From contig JAVECL010000231.1 in the NCBI GenBank assembly GCA_051942245.1, positions 1 through 34,320 on the forward strand: 34,320 nucleotides of DNA. The letters run 5' to 3'. This document shows, one piece after another, positions 32,000-34,320 of this stretch. The DNA comes from Trypethelium eluteriae. Its lineage: Eukaryota. The notes under the pieces were generated by a model. The model saw only the letters and a list, made by a program, of their open reading frames with translations, searched no databases and was not told the origin of the DNA. How positions within the stretch are numbered: the first letter of the stretch is position 1; every line of letters begins with the position of its first letter. The translations under genes and the position numbers were made by a program.

Positions 32000-33740
32000 T
32001 CACAATCTGGCCTTCTCTGTCACCATATCCTTTACAAGCAGGCCATTTTCTCTGACTTTTGCGTCCCGTAGAACCCTCCTCAAGATCTTTCCACTTGCAC
32101 TCTTGGGTATGTCGTGCACGAATTCAATCTCTTTAATCCACTTGTGTCTAACCTTTCTCCCTTTCACAAATTCTAAGAGTTCTTTTCCCGTTTTGTCATT
32201 TGCGTCATTTCCGGGCTTCAGAACGACGTACGCCTTCGGCAGCTCGCCCGAATAGTCATCTTTTACCCCGAGCACAGCGCAATCCTCTACTTTCGGGTGT
32301 CCGAGTAGCAGATCCTCCATCTCGGCTGGAGCGACTCCAATCCCCTTGACTTTGATCATTTCTTTGATGCGATCCGTGATGGTGATCATTCCCTCCTCAT
32401 CAATAAAGCCCTGGTCCCCGGTGTGTAGGTAGCCCTCTTCGTCAAATGTCTCTCGCGTTGCCTTCTCATTCCTCAAATATCCCATCACAATCTGCGGACC
32501 CCGCGCCAAAATCTCCCCCGGCTCGCCAACATTGCACTCCTTCCCTTCTTCATTCATGATCTTGACCGTCGTGGATGCACAGATGGTGCCGACGGCATGA
32601 GCGTACTTATAGTCATAATGAGTCTGCGGGTGCGCTGTGATGCAGCTACATGACTCTGTCATGCCGTAGCCCTGTTTGAACCCCGTGTGCGGAAAACGCG
32701 CCTTGAGCTCTTGAATAATTTCCTCCGACAGGGGAGCTGCACCGCTACTGAACCGTTTCAGGAATCTGAGGTCATACTCCGCAACGAGCGGATCACGAAC
32801 CATGCGAATGAGTATAGGCGGAACGAGCAAGAGTTCCGCGATTTGGTATTCTACGATCGTATCTAGCATGCTCTTCATTGTGAAGCTCGGGAGCATGTAC
32901 ACGTTCGCGTTCAAAAGAATGGGGAGGTTGAGCCCATGCACAAGACCTGTAATGTGGAATAGGGGAAGGACAGCGAGGACTTTTTTGTGGGACTCTGGCG
33001 TGATTTGCTGGACTTGCAGGCATTGCGCTATGACATTCTGATGGGCTATCATAACCGCTTTGGGGAGGCCCGTGGTGCCGGAAGAGAAGGAGAGAAAACC
33101 ACAGACGTCGAAATTCGTCTTGCCCTGCGGAATCTTGAATGCGGGCGTCTGCCGAGGTTCGCGTTTGCCAATTTCGATGAGGTCTCTGATCGTCGTGTAG
33201 CCATCCAATTCGCCTTCGAGAAGAAAGATGTTGGATTTGGGTATTCCTGCTGCAGCTGCCGCCGCCGTTGCAACTTCCATAGATGGTGGACTCGTCATCA
33301 GAAATTTCGCATGACCAGTTTTAAGTGCATATGTCATCTCCTCAATGTTGTATGCAGGACTCGCTCCGGAGACCATGGCGCCGGCGCGGATTGCAGCGAA
33401 CATGGCGACGGGATACCATATTGTGTTTTGGCTGAACAAGGCGACTGTGTCGCCAGCTTTCAGTCCATACCTATTGACGAGCGCGGTACAAATATATGTC
33501 GAGTAGGTTTTGACATCATGATATGAGACACGTTCTTTGGTGATTGCATTTTCGTATCCGCCGATCGAAGAGGGCATATGGCTACTTAACGAAGAGTACT
33601 TGGAGTCGAAGAGCCAGTCCCAAACGGTGATACCGCGCGGCACTGCAGTATCAATTAGCAAACTGATGATCTAATTCTCCAATCAAGTGACACAGAGGAG
33701 CATTACGATCAATGTCAGGCTGAAGCGATTTGAAGACCAT
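32000..33740 (-). CDS. 4-coumarate-CoA-ligase-like / phenylacetyl-CoA ligase-like AMP-binding enzyme, peroxisomal. Intron 33643-33706
   Basis: AMP-binding signature FSSGTTGLPKAV, QGYGMTE, YLHTGD, DRIKEMIKVKG and PKSASGKILRR. C-terminal ARL is a PTS1. Spliced start MVFKSLQPDID|LPRG. Confidence 0.93.
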
Positions 33741-34109
33741 TGCAACAGATGGTGAGGGCAGAGCTAACCCAAGACAAGATGAGATATCTCGAGGTTGGCA
33801 CAAGGAAAGAAGCGGTTGGGATCAAATGATAAACTTACCTGCGATCTACATCGCGTACGGCATCCCCAGCCGTCAAGCTGGCGCATTCTGCTAGTGAAGC
33901 AGGCGACTGGCCCGAAACTGTCACTCCCGTCAACGCAAAATGGCGATTTGCGGGGTTGCGGGGAACGAAAGGTGGAAAGTTGGGCAAGGGCGATGCCGCT
34001 GTGCCGATCACTTAAAGATCTAAAGCTCCGAAGAATTGGAAATTTAAACGAAGGAGGATATGAATAATTTCGATGTTTGGCGTTAACGAGAGATTCTCGT
34101 AACTCAAAA

Positions 34110-34320
34110 ATGAACGATGATCCGCCGGAGCAAGACGTCCCTTCTGCGTCCCACTCTCAGCGCATTGCCATCATCGGCGCAGGCACAATCGGTCTATCTA
34201 TCGCAACCTTCCACATCCCCTTCGGCAACCCCATCACAATCTACGACACTCGGCCCAACCTCCACGAATACATCCAAGCCAGCCTCCCTCCTCTCCTCGC
34301 CTCCTCAAGCTCCACCACCA
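34110..34320 (+). CDS. 5' end of a 3-hydroxyacyl-CoA / L-carnitine dehydrogenase-like NAD-binding protein (truncated by window edge)
   Basis: MNDDPPEQ...RIAIIGAGTIGLSIATFH...ITIYDTRP, a Rossmann GxGxxG with an acidic beta-2 end. Open to the window end and divergent from the acyl-CoA ligase. Confidence 0.8.
   Translation, partial: MNDDPPEQDVPSASHSQRIAIIGAGTIGLSIATFHIPFGNPITIYDTRPNLHEYIQASLPPLLASSSSTT

Noticed and set aside
32000..34320. 4CL-like ligase and dehydrogenase as members of the RiPP cluster
   Set aside because: The PTS1-bearing acyl-CoA ligase and its divergent partner look like ordinary peroxisomal/acyl-CoA metabolism and lie beyond GH16 and TrpRS. Nothing in the sequence links them to the precursor.

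Overview
Filamentous ascomycete (Pezizomycotina) genomic DNA with short GT-AG introns. The compact left flank holds REV1, a nucleolar FKBP (FPR3/FPR4-type), a Pls1-type tetraspanin, a fungal SLATT-domain protein and an ABCC transporter. The right flank holds a GH16 hydrolase, a cytoplasmic-type tryptophanyl-tRNA synthetase, a peroxisomal 4CL-like acyl-CoA ligase and the start of a 3-hydroxyacyl-CoA dehydrogenase-like gene. Between them (~16.3-28.4 kb) is a gene-sparse segment with three MITE copies that looks like a fungal RiPP (dikaritin/KEP-type) biosynthetic cluster. Its parts are: (i) a secreted precursor with 8 Kex2-separated repeats DQxEAHE(W/R)xG; (ii) a divergently transcribed six-exon DUF3328/UstYa oxidase with both HxxHC motifs, fragmented in the ORF track; (iii) an intronless 964-aa protein made of two fused histidine-decarboxylase-like PLP domains that appear to have complementary active-site halves; (iv) a SAM methyltransferase flanked by two foldback MITEs. 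The Tyr-free, His/Trp-containing repeat and the tandem HDC-like enzyme match no characterised fungal RiPP pathway I know. Gene models and family assignments were made by eye from motifs; no database search was run.
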